Below, in pieces: positions 38,001 to 49,497 of a DNA stretch of 64,000 nucleotides. Under the pieces are notes generated by a model that was not told the DNA's origin, did no database searches, and saw only the letters and a program-made list of their open reading frames with translations. Position 1 is the first letter of the stretch. The number at the start of each line of letters is the position of its first letter. The stretch comes from Hyphochytrium catenoides (taxonomy: Eukaryota; Protista; Hyphochytriomycota): positions 1-64,000 of the forward strand of contig FLMG01003947.1 of the NCBI GenBank assembly GCA_900088475.1, written 5' to 3'. Position numbers and translations under genes: made by a program.

Positions 38001-39009
38001 TCCCCTTTTCCACATTCTGCACACTTATCCTCGCTCCTCTACCAATATCATACTTCTCTCTCTCCATCTGTCTTTGCTTTCCTCTCTTCGGAATCGTTCA
38101 TCTTTGAGGTCCTTGCCTTCTAATCTCCTTTCTTATTCCGTCCTGGAGGGCGATTATGTTGATAGGGGGCCGAACTCTCTAGAGGTAATCGCGTACCTCT
38201 TCTCTCTGAAGCTGATGGCTCCATACAAGGTGTACCTTCTGAGAGGCAATCACGAACATCGTGCCATGAATGGAAGACGAACGCCGGACTCATTGCTTTC
38301 TCAGTGCTGCCGACTTCTCGGTCTAAGGGAAGGAATAGTACTCTGGGAAGCCATCAATAATGCATTTGATACTCTTCCACTGGCGGCAATTGTGGATGGC
38401 CACCTCTTTGCTTCACACGGTGGTGTACCCCGTAAAGCTATGGACAAGTATTCTCCCATGAATAACTCAGCACCAAGCACTGATACCAATAGTGCTGCTA
38501 CGAAGGAAAAAGAAGATGAGCAGCCAGTAGACGATGTATTGGAGGCCATCTTGTGCATCCCGAAGGTTCTTCGCTCCACTCTTAACGGAGCTTTTGATGC
38601 AATGACCACTTCAGATATACAGCAGCAGCTGGCCAGAGACCTGATGTGGGGCGATCCAGCTACTCCTGAGCAGGTTTCTTTATTGGATGAGGACGGATTT
38701 TTGTCGTGTGAAGACCCACGGTTAGCAAATGAGCCTCGAGGAGGGGCTCTGCGTCCAAGATACCTGGCTTTCGGTATGAGGGCTCTAGACTTCTTCAACC
38801 GCCAGTATCAGATAACCCATATGTTGCGGGGACATTCTGTCAAAGCCACTGGGTTAGGTCTGCAACACGGAGCGCGAGTCGTGACAATTTTTTCAGACTC
38901 GATGGACCACCACGTCCGAGGCCGCTGCGGCTGGGTGCTCATAGAAGAAAGACAAGGTGTAAGACACAAGGTGCACCTACATGTTGGAGGACCTACGTCT
39001 GACTCGTAG
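35100..39009 (+). CDS. PPP-family Ser/Thr phosphatase with N-terminal EF-hand region, multi-exon; start uncertain
   Basis: Catalytic motifs VFGDLHGN, FLFL|GDYVDRG, LLRGNHE, FASHGG, LMWGDP, LRGH. EF-hand loop AYDTDGDGVLDVS. Confidence 0.88.
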
Positions 39010-39704
39010 AGGTAGAATTAAATTGGATTTGCTGGTTGCTAGAGGTATAGTGCCACAGGTAACCATGTGGATCCCATAGAGACATAGACAGTAAATTTGC
39101 CTGTATTCATTATTGTAAGTAACAGAGCGTTCATTCTAGGTCCTAAGAGTCTTTTGGCAATGGTGGTCATCTGCCATTTCAGGCTTCATATGAAAAAATG
39201 CTAAGACTAAGGACTACGCTGCCTTACCGCAGTCATTCTTGTGCAAGCTGACTGCAGTTGTTGACTACTACGAACCACTTACGGTTCCCTGGCATACTTG
39301 TTTGCTCCAAGATCTCTTAGCCACGTGCAACAGGAAGCTAGCTCCGAGAATATATGCTCGGATAAAAGCCTTGCAGGTACCACTGTTCGCTAAAGCAATC
39401 ATATTTACCTAGAGTTAGCAACATGAACTGGCTAACCCTTCACTCTGACCTTGCGCTTCAAAGGAATCACTCTTGTATCTGTCATTACGTCATCATTTCG
39501 TCAAGGCTCGGCCGAGATCTTGCTCTTGATCAAGAAGTGGTGAATCCCTCCAGCAATTTTATGGAAAGATGGCACCACTGACACCCTTCCTCCAAAGAAG
39601 TCTAAGATGGGCTAAAATAACGTGGTCGCTGACATGAGGAAACAGGCTTCAACAAGAAGAGAGCCTTCATTCGTCGACTGAGGTAGGTAGGCAAATCCTC
39701 GTCA

Positions 39705-40350
39705 TTTGCTGGACAGCCGTGGCACTGGACACCAGAGGAGCACCCACTCGTCAATTAACCTAGGATATTCTTCGACAAAGTGAATAGCTGTAGTTGATGG
39801 GCCGAGAGCAGAGCAAGTCTTTCTCCTTGATGGACAGCTGTGGCGCTGAACACCAAAGCGGCACCCCACTCGTCTACCCATCGAAGGGTTGTCTGACATA
39901 GTGACTCGCTCTTGTTGATGGGCCAAGNNNNNNNNNNNNNNNNNNNNNNNNNNNNNNNNNNNNNNNNNNNNNNNNNNNNNNNNNNNNNNNNNNNNNNNNN
40001 NNNNNNNNNNNNNNNNNNNNNNNNNNNNNNNNNNNNNNNNNNNNNNNNNNNNNNNNNNNNNNNNNNNNNNNNNNNNNNNNNNNNNNNNNNNNNNNNNNNN
40101 NNNNNNNNNNNNNNNNNNNNNNNNNNNNNNNNNNNNNNNNNNNNNNNNNNNNNNNNNNNNNNNNNNNNNNNNNNNNNNNNNNNNNNNNNNNNNNNNNNNN
40201 NNNNNNNNNNNNNTCTCTCCTTGATGGACAGCTGTGGCACTGGACACAGGAGCGGCACCCACTTGTCTACCCATCGAAGGTATTGTCTGACATAGTGATT
40301 CGCTGTTGTTGATGGGCCGAGAGGAGAGCAAGTCTCTCTCCTTGATGGCT
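39705..40350. repeat. 121-bp tandem repeat (minisatellite) spanning an assembly gap
   Basis: Unit tctccttgatggacagctgtggcactggacac..cacccact..tgatgggccgaga..gagcaagtc. ggacag at 39711 and 39832 (121 apart); tctctccttgatgg at 40214 and 40335 (121 apart). Confidence 0.85.
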
Positions 40351-42028
40351 GACAATGATAGCGTTCACTTTCTATAGAGTTGACCGATGACCGATGATGT
40401 GGAAGATTGAAGTCGACAGTCGTTACACGCTGGCGGCCCACTGCCCAGCCGCATCAGCGCTCCCGCGTCCTTTCTAGATCAATAAACCTGCAATACTTAT
40501 GCCGAATAATCAGGGGATATGGGCGATTATTCTAGAGAGGTATGGCAGTTAAAGGACCAACTACTGTATACTCCCTGGAGTAATTTATTCCAAAAAAAGA
40601 CTGCAGCATTGATTAGCGGAGAGTAACTGCAGGGTCTATGGCAAGTGGAATGATGATGAGGTGTAACTGCTCCAACTGTACAGAACTCTTTGGCCATTTC
40701 CCACAAGGAGTCACACTCCACTCTAGAGGCATCAGGTCGTTAGAATTTCCGAATATGGCTTCTCATAAAAGCCCTCATTTTGCCGGCTTCATGGGTTTAT
40801 ATACTGTCTCTATTACAGAGACTCTAAGTAACAGGTAGACCAAAATAAAACACCTCTAAAGATGATTTCCTGTTTACTCCCTTGAAAGTTATTCATGTGA
40901 TGGTGCCTGTTTTGCTCAAAAAAATGGTTTTTGTGAATATAATAAAATAAGAGATGGATTGACTGCATAGCTGCACTGCAAGTACATATAGAGGTTCTGA
41001 CAATATAGAAAACCAATCCGGAGTAAATAATAGGCGATTTATTAGACGTCAATTCTCCGACCCTCTAATTTAAATTCCTATGCTTTAAAATTGCCCCCAC
41101 CCTCCTTTTGTGTTATGACTGGGAAACACATACAAATAGCGCTGCAAAAAGCAGACATCTGCCTACACAACCTCAAAATTCTGTCTAAACTGCTTTCACC
41201 TGTGTGCTTTCCTCGCGCCCAGTTCTAGACCCTCCACTGCTCCCCTAGCCCTTCACAGTTTCTGTAGCTTCTCAGCGGACCCGAGGGTACGGTAGGACCT
41301 GGAAGAAGAGCCTTGCCTGTGCAGTTACTATGCCACACTCTGTCTCTTCTTCCGCTATCTATTGTTATGCTCTGTCTCGGACCTGTGCCACTAAACACAT
41401 CTACTTTATCATACACTCCAAAGTCTCTGCGACCCTCTATTTCTCATAACAAATACCTCTTGAACTCTGTCTCACTCTCCCTGTTCTTCCTATCTCTATA
41501 GCTATTACTGCTTGTGTCCCTCCATTTTACCTCCACTCTGTCTCGACTCTTCTTTTCGCTCTGTTTCTTGCCGTTGCGGGTTCCTCAAGGTCTGGACCAG
41601 GGCGCGGAGCAGAGGGAAGGTCGATTACTAGGCTCTGGAAATATACAGCAAATAAAGGGAAGAATTGGTCCAAACGACGGTATCAGCGCTGTTATTCGAA
41701 GACAGAAAGCGTCTGGAAGTGGAGATCGCAGTTCCCATCATCGTAGCACAGTCATCGCGAGTGGCACAAGTCTTCATTATCCTCTTCAGACGAATCTGCC
41801 ACGGCCACAGATAATAGAGTGAGATCCTAACAGCTGCAAGTTTAGGGCCGAACGCTGGGATCGGCGAAGCTTGGCTCTGCTTTTAGCCGTTAGTTGAATA
41901 ACGGAAGAAGTTGAGAGACATCTTTGCGAGGGTGCCACCATTTCCACGCCCTCTCGTGCGGCGCTGCATTTAGCCTTTCCGTCGTGAAGATTTAGCAGCG
42001 CCGATAGCACGACTACTTTATTTCGCCA

Positions 42029-43249
42029 ATGTCTCCTCACAGTAATCACGAGGTGGATATCGAAGTCCAGCCTTCCATTATTGAACAAGAACACAGTATG
42101 GGGACTTGCTCCCCAGAAGGGAGAGCTCTTGAAAGTCCACCACGCGTCGCTAAGGCGTCGCAGTTTAGCCGGCGAATCGGGCGTAGCAGGAGCCCTTCAC
42201 CGACTACAAAGCCAGTTGATACTCCAGCGAGCGGCTCCAAAAATGCCTCCTCTCTGCTGCCGATATTGGTACCGCTGGTGGCCTTGTATGAAAAGGCGCT
42301 GGCCTGTAAGATGTACGAGGTGGAAGAGCTCATCGATTTCTACTTCCATCGGCGGCTGGCAGCAGTAACCACGATCATGGTGTACTATCTGACCCCTTAC
42401 GTCTACATTACCCCGAACCAGATTACATTGGCAGGCCTCTTCATAGGCTGGGGAGCTGGATTTCTCATCCTTTCCGGCAGTAACGGGAGTGCAATTGTCC
42501 CAGACTACCTATCCCCTACCGTTGCTTGGCTATTGGGGTCGTTCCTTTTTTTCTTATGGATCGTGTCGGATTGTGCAGATGGTCAAGTCGCCCGACTCTG
42601 CCGGAGAGGGACGAGGACCGGTAGGATTGTCGATGGATGTGTTGATGCACTAGTATTGACGCCGGCGTGCTTTTGCATCAAATGGGCCACCGAGGCGTAC
42701 TTTGGCTATACGTGGAGCACTCTGGCTGTCATTTCAGGCTTCTCTCTGGGCTTTCACGCAGGGCTCTATGACAAGATTAAGAACGTCTACATGAACCACG
42801 CTCTTCCTGTCAGTGAGACTGACGGCGAGTCTCCTGAAACGGTGTACGTGGAGTATCTGCAGGCAAAGCGCAGCATGGAGGAATCGAACTGCCTTTCAAA
42901 TGCTTTTGAATGCTGCCTGCTTTGGGTCTATCACAAGTATCTCATCTATCAGAAGCTCTTTGGAGGAAGCGTGGAACCCACGCTCGTCCTATCTCCTGCC
43001 GCTAAAGTGGTCTATCGTAGAAAGTACGCATGGATTGTTCGGTTGGCCTCTTGGCTTGGCATCAGCACCCATATTACCCTCATGTATATCAGCTGGGCAA
43101 TAGCTCCATTCTTCCCTCACGCATTGGTGGCTTTTCTTTTCATCAACTCTGTCGGCCTGAATGCGCTGCATCTGTACGTTCTGTACCACTTTGGCAGCTC
43201 AGGAATGAAGAAGCCCGATGAGGCGCAGCTTCTTAAAGAAGCCTCATAA
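42029..43249 (+). CDS. CDP-alcohol phosphatidyltransferase family membrane enzyme; single exon
   Basis: ITPNQIT plus DCADGQVARLCRRGTRTGRIVDGCVD, the family signature DxxDGxxAR-x6-GxxxDxxxD; several TM helices. Confidence 0.9.
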   Translation: MSPHSNHEVDIEVQPSIIEQEHSMGTCSPEGRALESPPRVAKASQFSRRIGRSRSPSPTTKPVDTPASGSKNASSLLPILVPLVALYEKALACKMYEVEELIDFYFHRRLAAVTTIMVYYLTPYVYITPNQITLAGLFIGWGAGFLILSGSNGSAIVPDYLSPTVAWLLGSFLFFLWIVSDCADGQVARLCRRGTRTGRIVDGCVDALVLTPACFCIKWATEAYFGYTWSTLAVISGFSLGFHAGLYDKIKNVYMNHALPVSETDGESPETVYVEYLQAKRSMEESNCLSNAFECCLLWVYHKYLIYQKLFGGSVEPTLVLSPAAKVVYRRKYAWIVRLASWLGISTHITLMYISWAIAPFFPHALVAFLFINSVGLNALHLYVLYHFGSSGMKKPDEAQLLKEAS

Positions 43250-43800
43250 ATAGCAGCTCCCTTATAATGTCTTTGCCCTGGATTGCGTCCGTCTGTCCTC
43301 TCCACCGTACAATAACCTCCAATCCCTTCCCTATTGGCAGTCACGGAAGTCAAGTTGGGCGGCTTAGGTTAGCTCACCATAGTTCAGTTACATATAAGCT
43401 TTAAAGGGTTATCACAACGTCACGAAGGTGATTCGTTGCTCAATGCAGTTCCTTCTTTTGATGTTCCGCAATCTCTTACCGACTCGACATCGTACCCGGG
43501 CAGGTCTAGGCACGCCGCTGTGGACGGACGCGGAAACTCGGTCCTGGCTTATATATTGATTGTCTATGCACACTACCACTTGCTTACCTCTCACTAGAAA
43601 TATCAGGGTCTGGATGGATATGTTGCTAGCTAACCACCCGCTTATCACGTACCTCAGCTTGACGTCAAGTCACAAGCCGCTGCTGAACCTATCCTATCTC
43701 CGAGACTGAGAACATAATGCTTCCTGAGACTTCCGCTACAAAGAATGGCTGGGTTGAGTTTCCTTGACAGTCAAACTCGTGATGTGGGGCGGAGACAAGC

Positions 43801-45048
43801 TTATCGAAAGGACACTCTCCGTGGCGTCTTGGGTTCCCTCTTATACTGATTGATTGAGGGAGAAGCTCCAACAGGACCGTCCAATATACGAAGCTCCGAC
43901 ATTGAATGCTCAATTGCGGGCATGCGCGATTCCTCATCGCCCTTTTTCATCTTGTTGAACCGCTTAGGTGGGTTACGCATCGTCTTGAACGCCGGAGAAG
44001 GAGTGAGAAGTGGTCGCTTATTTTCTTTTTGCACTCTGTTCTCTCGCATTGGAGCTCCAACCGTCTTTTTCCTTGTCACCCCATCACGCGGCACTTCCTT
44101 TAGTGGCGTCTCTGAAGAAGCCAGCCTCACTTTTGTAAGTTTCACAAGGGGAGTGGAGGTCGTGCCATTGTTCTCGTTAGGGGGTGACGGAGTCTTCCAG
44201 ACATTAGAAGAGGCTTTTGCGAGCTTCTCTGGAGATAGTCGTAGCCTATTGATAAGGGTGAGAAGGGTCTCACAGTTTACAACGCTCTCTTTGTCATACA
44301 GAATAGCAGGAAGACGACAATCCTCGGCGCAGAGGATATTGCTCGGGTCGTCATCTAGCAAAACCGTCTCATGGCAGAGGATCTGTTCGCCTTGTAACGT
44401 TGAAATCTCCACCGCCGCACTAACAATGTGAGCGATCTTCCCTCCCCTAGCGAAGTCATCTAGTCCGAAGTCTTCATAGTTCTTGGCAGTGGTGCTCCAA
44501 CTCCCGTCATCGCCGCGAATAGGTATGCGAGAGGCTACGTCAGGGCCAAAGCAACTCTCTAAGACTCCACTTATAACATCCACTTGTGGAGAGAAGGTAA
44601 CGATGCAGAGAGCGATGTCATGAGCGAATAATGCAGGGATCAGTACCAAGAACTCGGGTCGTACGAAGGAAGCCAGATCTTCCGCAGTTCCGTCCCACCA
44701 GCCATCTGTGTGCACACTAATAAGAGTGTGGTCAAAGTCTAGACAGACCAGCCGCACAGAATTCTCTCGGAAGCACTTTGCAATGCGTTCTGCGGCCTGA
44801 GGGTCATCGAGATGCTGTGGGCTGCCCTCGAGAAGCAGGCCACTTCTTGCCGTTATAGGGGTCTTGAACTTGCCAGCGCTGAATAGCTGAGCAGAGTTGG
44901 ATCTGGCCGTTCTGCCAGGAACGGTTGGAGTGGCAATCAGGACATTCGTTGCGCAAGTACCACCCTTTCTTGCTATCGGGGGTTGTGGAGAGCAAGGCAC
45001 GGGGGCCTTGAATGGCGTACTGGGAAGGGGACTAGTCTCTGTCGCCAT
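43801..45048 (-). CDS. HAD-superfamily hydrolase/phosphatase with disordered S/TP-rich arms; single exon
   Basis: Motif I LVCLDFDHTL, motif II CIVTFS, motif III GK, motif IV VLLDDD. Confidence 0.82.
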   Translation of the reverse strand: MATETSPLPSTPFKAPVPCSPQPPIARKGGTCATNVLIATPTVPGRTARSNSAQLFSAGKFKTPITARSGLLLEGSPQHLDDPQAAERIAKCFRENSVRLVCLDFDHTLISVHTDGWWDGTAEDLASFVRPEFLVLIPALFAHDIALCIVTFSPQVDVISGVLESCFGPDVASRIPIRGDDGSWSTTAKNYEDFGLDDFARGGKIAHIVSAAVEISTLQGEQILCHETVLLDDDPSNILCAEDCRLPAILYDKESVVNCETLLTLINRLRLSPEKLAKASSNVWKTPSPPNENNGTTSTPLVKLTKVRLASSETPLKEVPRDGVTRKKTVGAPMRENRVQKENKRPLLTPSPAFKTMRNPPKRFNKMKKGDEESRMPAIEHSMSELRILDGPVGASPSINQYKREPKTPRRVSFR

Positions 45049-45825
45049 CCCTTAGATCAAACCATCAACCTGGACGGCCAGAAATTAACTGGGGCTTTAT
45101 AGACCCTACTCTTTTTCCGATATGGCAGCTTGCAAGCCAGGCCCGACCAGCCAACAAAGACACCGCTTCGAGACTAACAGCGCAAGTTCAGGATGGACAT
45201 GCACTACCAGAAGAAGTCGCTAGATACTCCCTAGTAGTAATAGGTAAGGATAGGAGCAAAGAACGGCGCGGCAGGTGCTGGCGGAACTTTTGGCGATGGA
45301 TATGCGTGAATTGATTAGCTGTATGTACGACTTCCTCTCGCACGCTCTTTTGCTGTTATAAGAGGAGAGAAGCCAAGCTACAGGCATCGGGGAACAAGCG
45401 TAAAAGAGATAACAAGAGGCTAAGCAGGAAGGAATGAGTCAAAACGAAAGAAAGAGAGAGAGAGGGAGAGAGTAGCTCGGTAAGCTTGTCCTCCAGCTGA
45501 TCCGAGAGGGGAGGGGAGAGAAGAAAGGAGGAGGAGGAGGGAGCAGAGAAGAGGAGGAAAGTGACATAAAGGAGGAAACCAGGACGGCAGCAGAGGACAG
45601 CAAAGCGAAGAGCAAGGCGGTGGTCTGAGAGCTCCCTTGCAGACCTGCTGCTACAATTCAGCTCCTCACAAGTACTTGTAGGAACTAGTGGCAGATCTCT
45701 CTCTCTTTCCCTCCCGTGCACCTATCATCTTGGGTTCTATGGAGGGGAGAACGAGGTAGTAGAGGCGACAGGGAAGAGATGATAGAAAGCGCAAGGTGCT
45801 TCTGTCAGCGGTTGAAGCAAGCGAG

Positions 45826-46226
45826 ATGAGAGGGGAGAGTGAGAGACCGAAGAGAGAGGGACGGACGCAGAGGGAGAGCGAGACAGAGAGGGAGAGAGAG
45901 AGACAGAGGGCGAGAGAGAGACAAGGCTATGGTTTGGGGAAGAGAAAGAAAGATCGTCCGTTGCACTGTTCCCTCCCAAGCGCGGGAAAAAGAGGTGCTA
46001 GATCCCTGATAGTTTCATTACAATCAATAATAGAGCGCATTGTTCATCTTTCTGAGAGAAGCCTCCCGCTTTTAAATTCTTCTGACCGTTGAGCAAATAT
46101 CTCTCCATACATTGGTTATAGGCCGACACAGAGCTACCCCAGGAGCGCCGGACATGAATTTTCAAGTTGCTGAGTCGAACCTCAAGACGAACAAAAGCGG
46201 TTCACGGAGAGAGAGAGAGGGCGAGG

Positions 46227-46277
<51 letters not shown>
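45826..46277. repeat. GA-rich tracts and (GA)n microsatellite (45826-45922, 46207-46277) in the HAD/Aurora divergent intergenic region
   Basis: Directly visible. Confidence 0.8.
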
Positions 46278-46278
<1 letters not shown>

Positions 46279-46710
46279 GGCAGAAGAGAGACGGCAGATC
46301 AAAGGCAAAGAAAGGAGGCAAGCTGGTCACGGACAGAAAGACTGAGGCCTTCAGAAGTGACCTGACCGTGACAGTGCCTTTGTAAGGCTCCGCTGCTCAG
46401 AGTTGGCCTTTAATGTCCCTTCGTCGCCCTCATCTACTTGTGAGCTACGTCCCCACTTTCTGTGGGCGAGGTGAAGAAGCTTGAAGGCTTTCCTCACGGG
46501 TACTCTTTGTCGTCTGTAAGCGCGCAAGAAAGGCGGAGTGGCTTGAGCAACACATAACAACTTTGAGGGAGCCAAAAGCATCACTACCACGGAGGTCCAA
46601 GGCCAGCCTCCTAAGGTTGAGGCTCCTATCGGTGTGTTTACCTCGGCTCCTGTCAAAAAACGATCTGTGTCGTACAGCTCTCGAGGCTTCTTCATTAAGT
46701 GGCCTTAGAA

Positions 46711-48643
46711 ATGAGTTTCGTGGCCTCCGCATATAGCTTCTCCTCCGCGGAGAAGGAGAACTTCAAAAGCTCAAACTCGCCACACAAGCTCGTGAAGGCT
46801 GGCGGACGTGCGCTCGCTCCTTCACAAATCAGCCTTCTACCGGTGAGTTCCCCTTTTCCAAACTTGTAGATTTGTCCTCTGCTCACCATTATTTGCCTGC
46901 TTCTCTTGTTACAGAAGGCTGACCCACAGCTCAAATCAGCACATTCTTCGATTCCTATCTCTACCGCCCGCTTTGGCACAGCCAAGCGGATTCCTCTTAG
47001 TCCTAACAACAGAAGCCAGAAACTCGAGCCTCAAACTGAAGATCGGAAAGACTCTAGCAACAAGAACAAAGCCACACCTCCTGGAACGTCACAAGCCCCA
47101 ATCCTAAGTGGTCATCATACTCCTCAGAGTTCCGTCATTTCACAACCGTCACAGCCGAAGAGGATGTGGCAGCTTTCTGACTTTGATATCGGCAAGCCGC
47201 TGGGCAGGGGCAAATTTGGCAGCGTCTATTTAGTTAGAGAGAAGAAGAGCAAGTACATCGTGGCGCTCAAAGTGGTGCAGAAAAATCAGCTGCAGAAGGC
47301 AGGGGTGGAACACCAGCTGCGCAGGGAGATTGAGATTCAGTCTCATCTCAGGTCAGTCAATCAGCCGTCCGCACCTCCTTCACTAAGCTTCGAGACGTGG
47401 GATACGGGTAAAGAAGGGAAGAAGGGCATGAAAAGTGAGGAAAGGACAGAAGGGAACGGTATAGGTACTGCAAGATGAAGAACTTCTCTGTTTACAATTG
47501 CATGGGAAAGATGGCAAGGTTGTATCTTCACAGGGCAATATACGCTGTATCCAAGGTCTGCAGTCTGCAAGGGATCCTTGCTACAGAAAGTGATCACTTA
47601 CTCCCCTGGGTGCTTGGCCATTCATAACTCCCTCCTTTCTCTGTGCATCTTTCCTTGTCTCTCACTCCTGATTCCAGGCACAAGCATATCCTGCGGCTCT
47701 ATGGCTACTTCTACGATCAAAAGCGCGTCTACCTCATCCTAGAGTACGCTCCACAGGGCGAACTTTACAAAAAGTTGACAAAGGCTGGCAGATTTTCTGA
47801 AAAGCAATCAGCTCAATATATCAAGGAGCTTGCCGGGGCACTACATTACTGCCATTCAAAGCATGTTATACATCGGGATATCAAGCCTGAGAACCTGTTG
47901 CTAGGGTACAAGGTATGATATGATCTTCAGTGGCCTAGGTTATGATTTTCAGCATATGAACAAGTCGGAGACCATTTGACTTCACTCTTGGCGTTGTTAG
48001 GGTGAACTCAAAATTGCAGACTTCGGCTGGTCTGTCCATGCGCCAACCTCAAGGAGAACGACATTGTGTGGCACATTAGATTACCTTCCTCCAGAGATGA
48101 TAGAGAACAAAGACCACGATGAGACGGTAAAGATATCAACATCCGGAACTTGCATCCGTGCTTTCCATTGTATTGCTTCCTTATTCAGGAGTGTACTTTC
48201 CCTTGTTTTTTCCGATTAGATGGCGGTTGTCTTGGAGCGTGCCAACAATCTGTCCTCACAGGTTGATATCTGGAGTTTGGGAGTGCTCATGTTTGAGTTT
48301 TTGGCTGGTTACGCGCCGTTTGAGGCTGAAGGACACCACCAAACGTACCGAAGAATCTCTAAAGTCGACTTGCTGTTTCCTAAGCACGTATCTCCAGAGG
48401 CTCAGGATCTGATCAAGAAGGTCTTGTTCGGTTCTTTGCTCCTCCTCTATGTTCCTGTGCATTGGTTTTCGGGTCTTTGTGTGGTCTTTTCGCTTGTTCA
48501 GCTGCGCTGATTGCATTACCATCATCAGAGCGATTAGCTCACCCCATCACTCGTCATTGCAGCTATTGCGCAAAAGCCCCAAGGAGCGGTTACCCCTGCC
48601 CCAAGTACTAGAGCACCCCTGGATCACGAAGCACTGCAGTTAG
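46711..48643 (+). CDS. AURK: Aurora kinase, 6 exons
   Basis: [51 protein letters not shown]|[24 protein letters not shown]|..[28 protein letters not shown]; N-terminal KEN box. Confidence 0.96.
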
Positions 48644-49497
48644 TGCTGCTGGGACGAATCTTCATGTCGGCTTGGGCGACGTAGCTGGAGCACAAGCATG
48701 ACATGTGGAGCTAACTAGACGCTAAAATTATTTTTGTTTGAGTCTGTGAACGATAAGCCGTTTACCCCGAGCCTATAGCATGATCTGTACTGTCTGGCCC
48801 CACAAAGACCTTGGTCACTGAGAGTAGCCCCATAGGCGCAGCGATTAACCTTTGTGCATAACGGGAGGCCAGAATCACAAGCGAAAGACTCTCAAGTCAC
48901 GGTCACCTCCACATCCATGATAAGGAACGTAGTGATAGCATCGCTATCCGCTTGGCTAGACAAGGCACCACTACAGCTATTAGTTGAAAGTCCTCCTGTA
49001 CTTGAGACCCTTCCACTATGCCCTACAAGAAGTTCAGGACTTCAAAGGTAGACCAAAGCTCCATGCAGTTACCGCCCTACTGCCAAACCCTAATGTTGGC
49101 GACGATCAGCAATGTATAAAGATAAGTGCCAAAGAGGTAGAGCTCACTGAACTGAGAGGCCGTCGAAGAATCCGTGACCTCTGCAATAACTTACAAAAAT
49201 TACAGCAAACAGCCTTTCTTGGGCTTGAGGGCGGATCCTACAGAACACCCCAAAGTACTTCTTAATTCAGAATAGACTAGCTGCCAATCCGGAATCATAA
49301 GCGCTAAATATGTTGTATCGGAAATGGGAGTCGTGCCACTTCCCCAAACCCCGAACGCCACACACCCAAAAACTCTTCTTCTTGTTCATTTGCATCTGAA
49401 ATGAAGCTTTTGAAGCTCTGACAGAGCTTTCAGAGTGAAGATTTGACACGTTCCAGACAAGCTGCAGAATTGCAATTGCCCAGAGAAGTATTGAAAA

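Noticed and set aside
39702-40441. Repeat array as a CRISPR array, or the long ORFs across the gap
   Set aside because: Units are contiguous 121-bp copies with no unique spacers and no cas genes nearby; the ORFs are open only because of Ns.
40500-41200. AT-richer segment as a transposon or MITE
   Set aside because: I could not find terminal inverted repeats, target-site duplications or transposase motifs.
43850-44431. Long antisense ORFs (also 38301-38798, 29943-30371, 53858-54250, 3241-3642)
   Set aside because: Shadow frames opposite well-supported genes, with no motifs.
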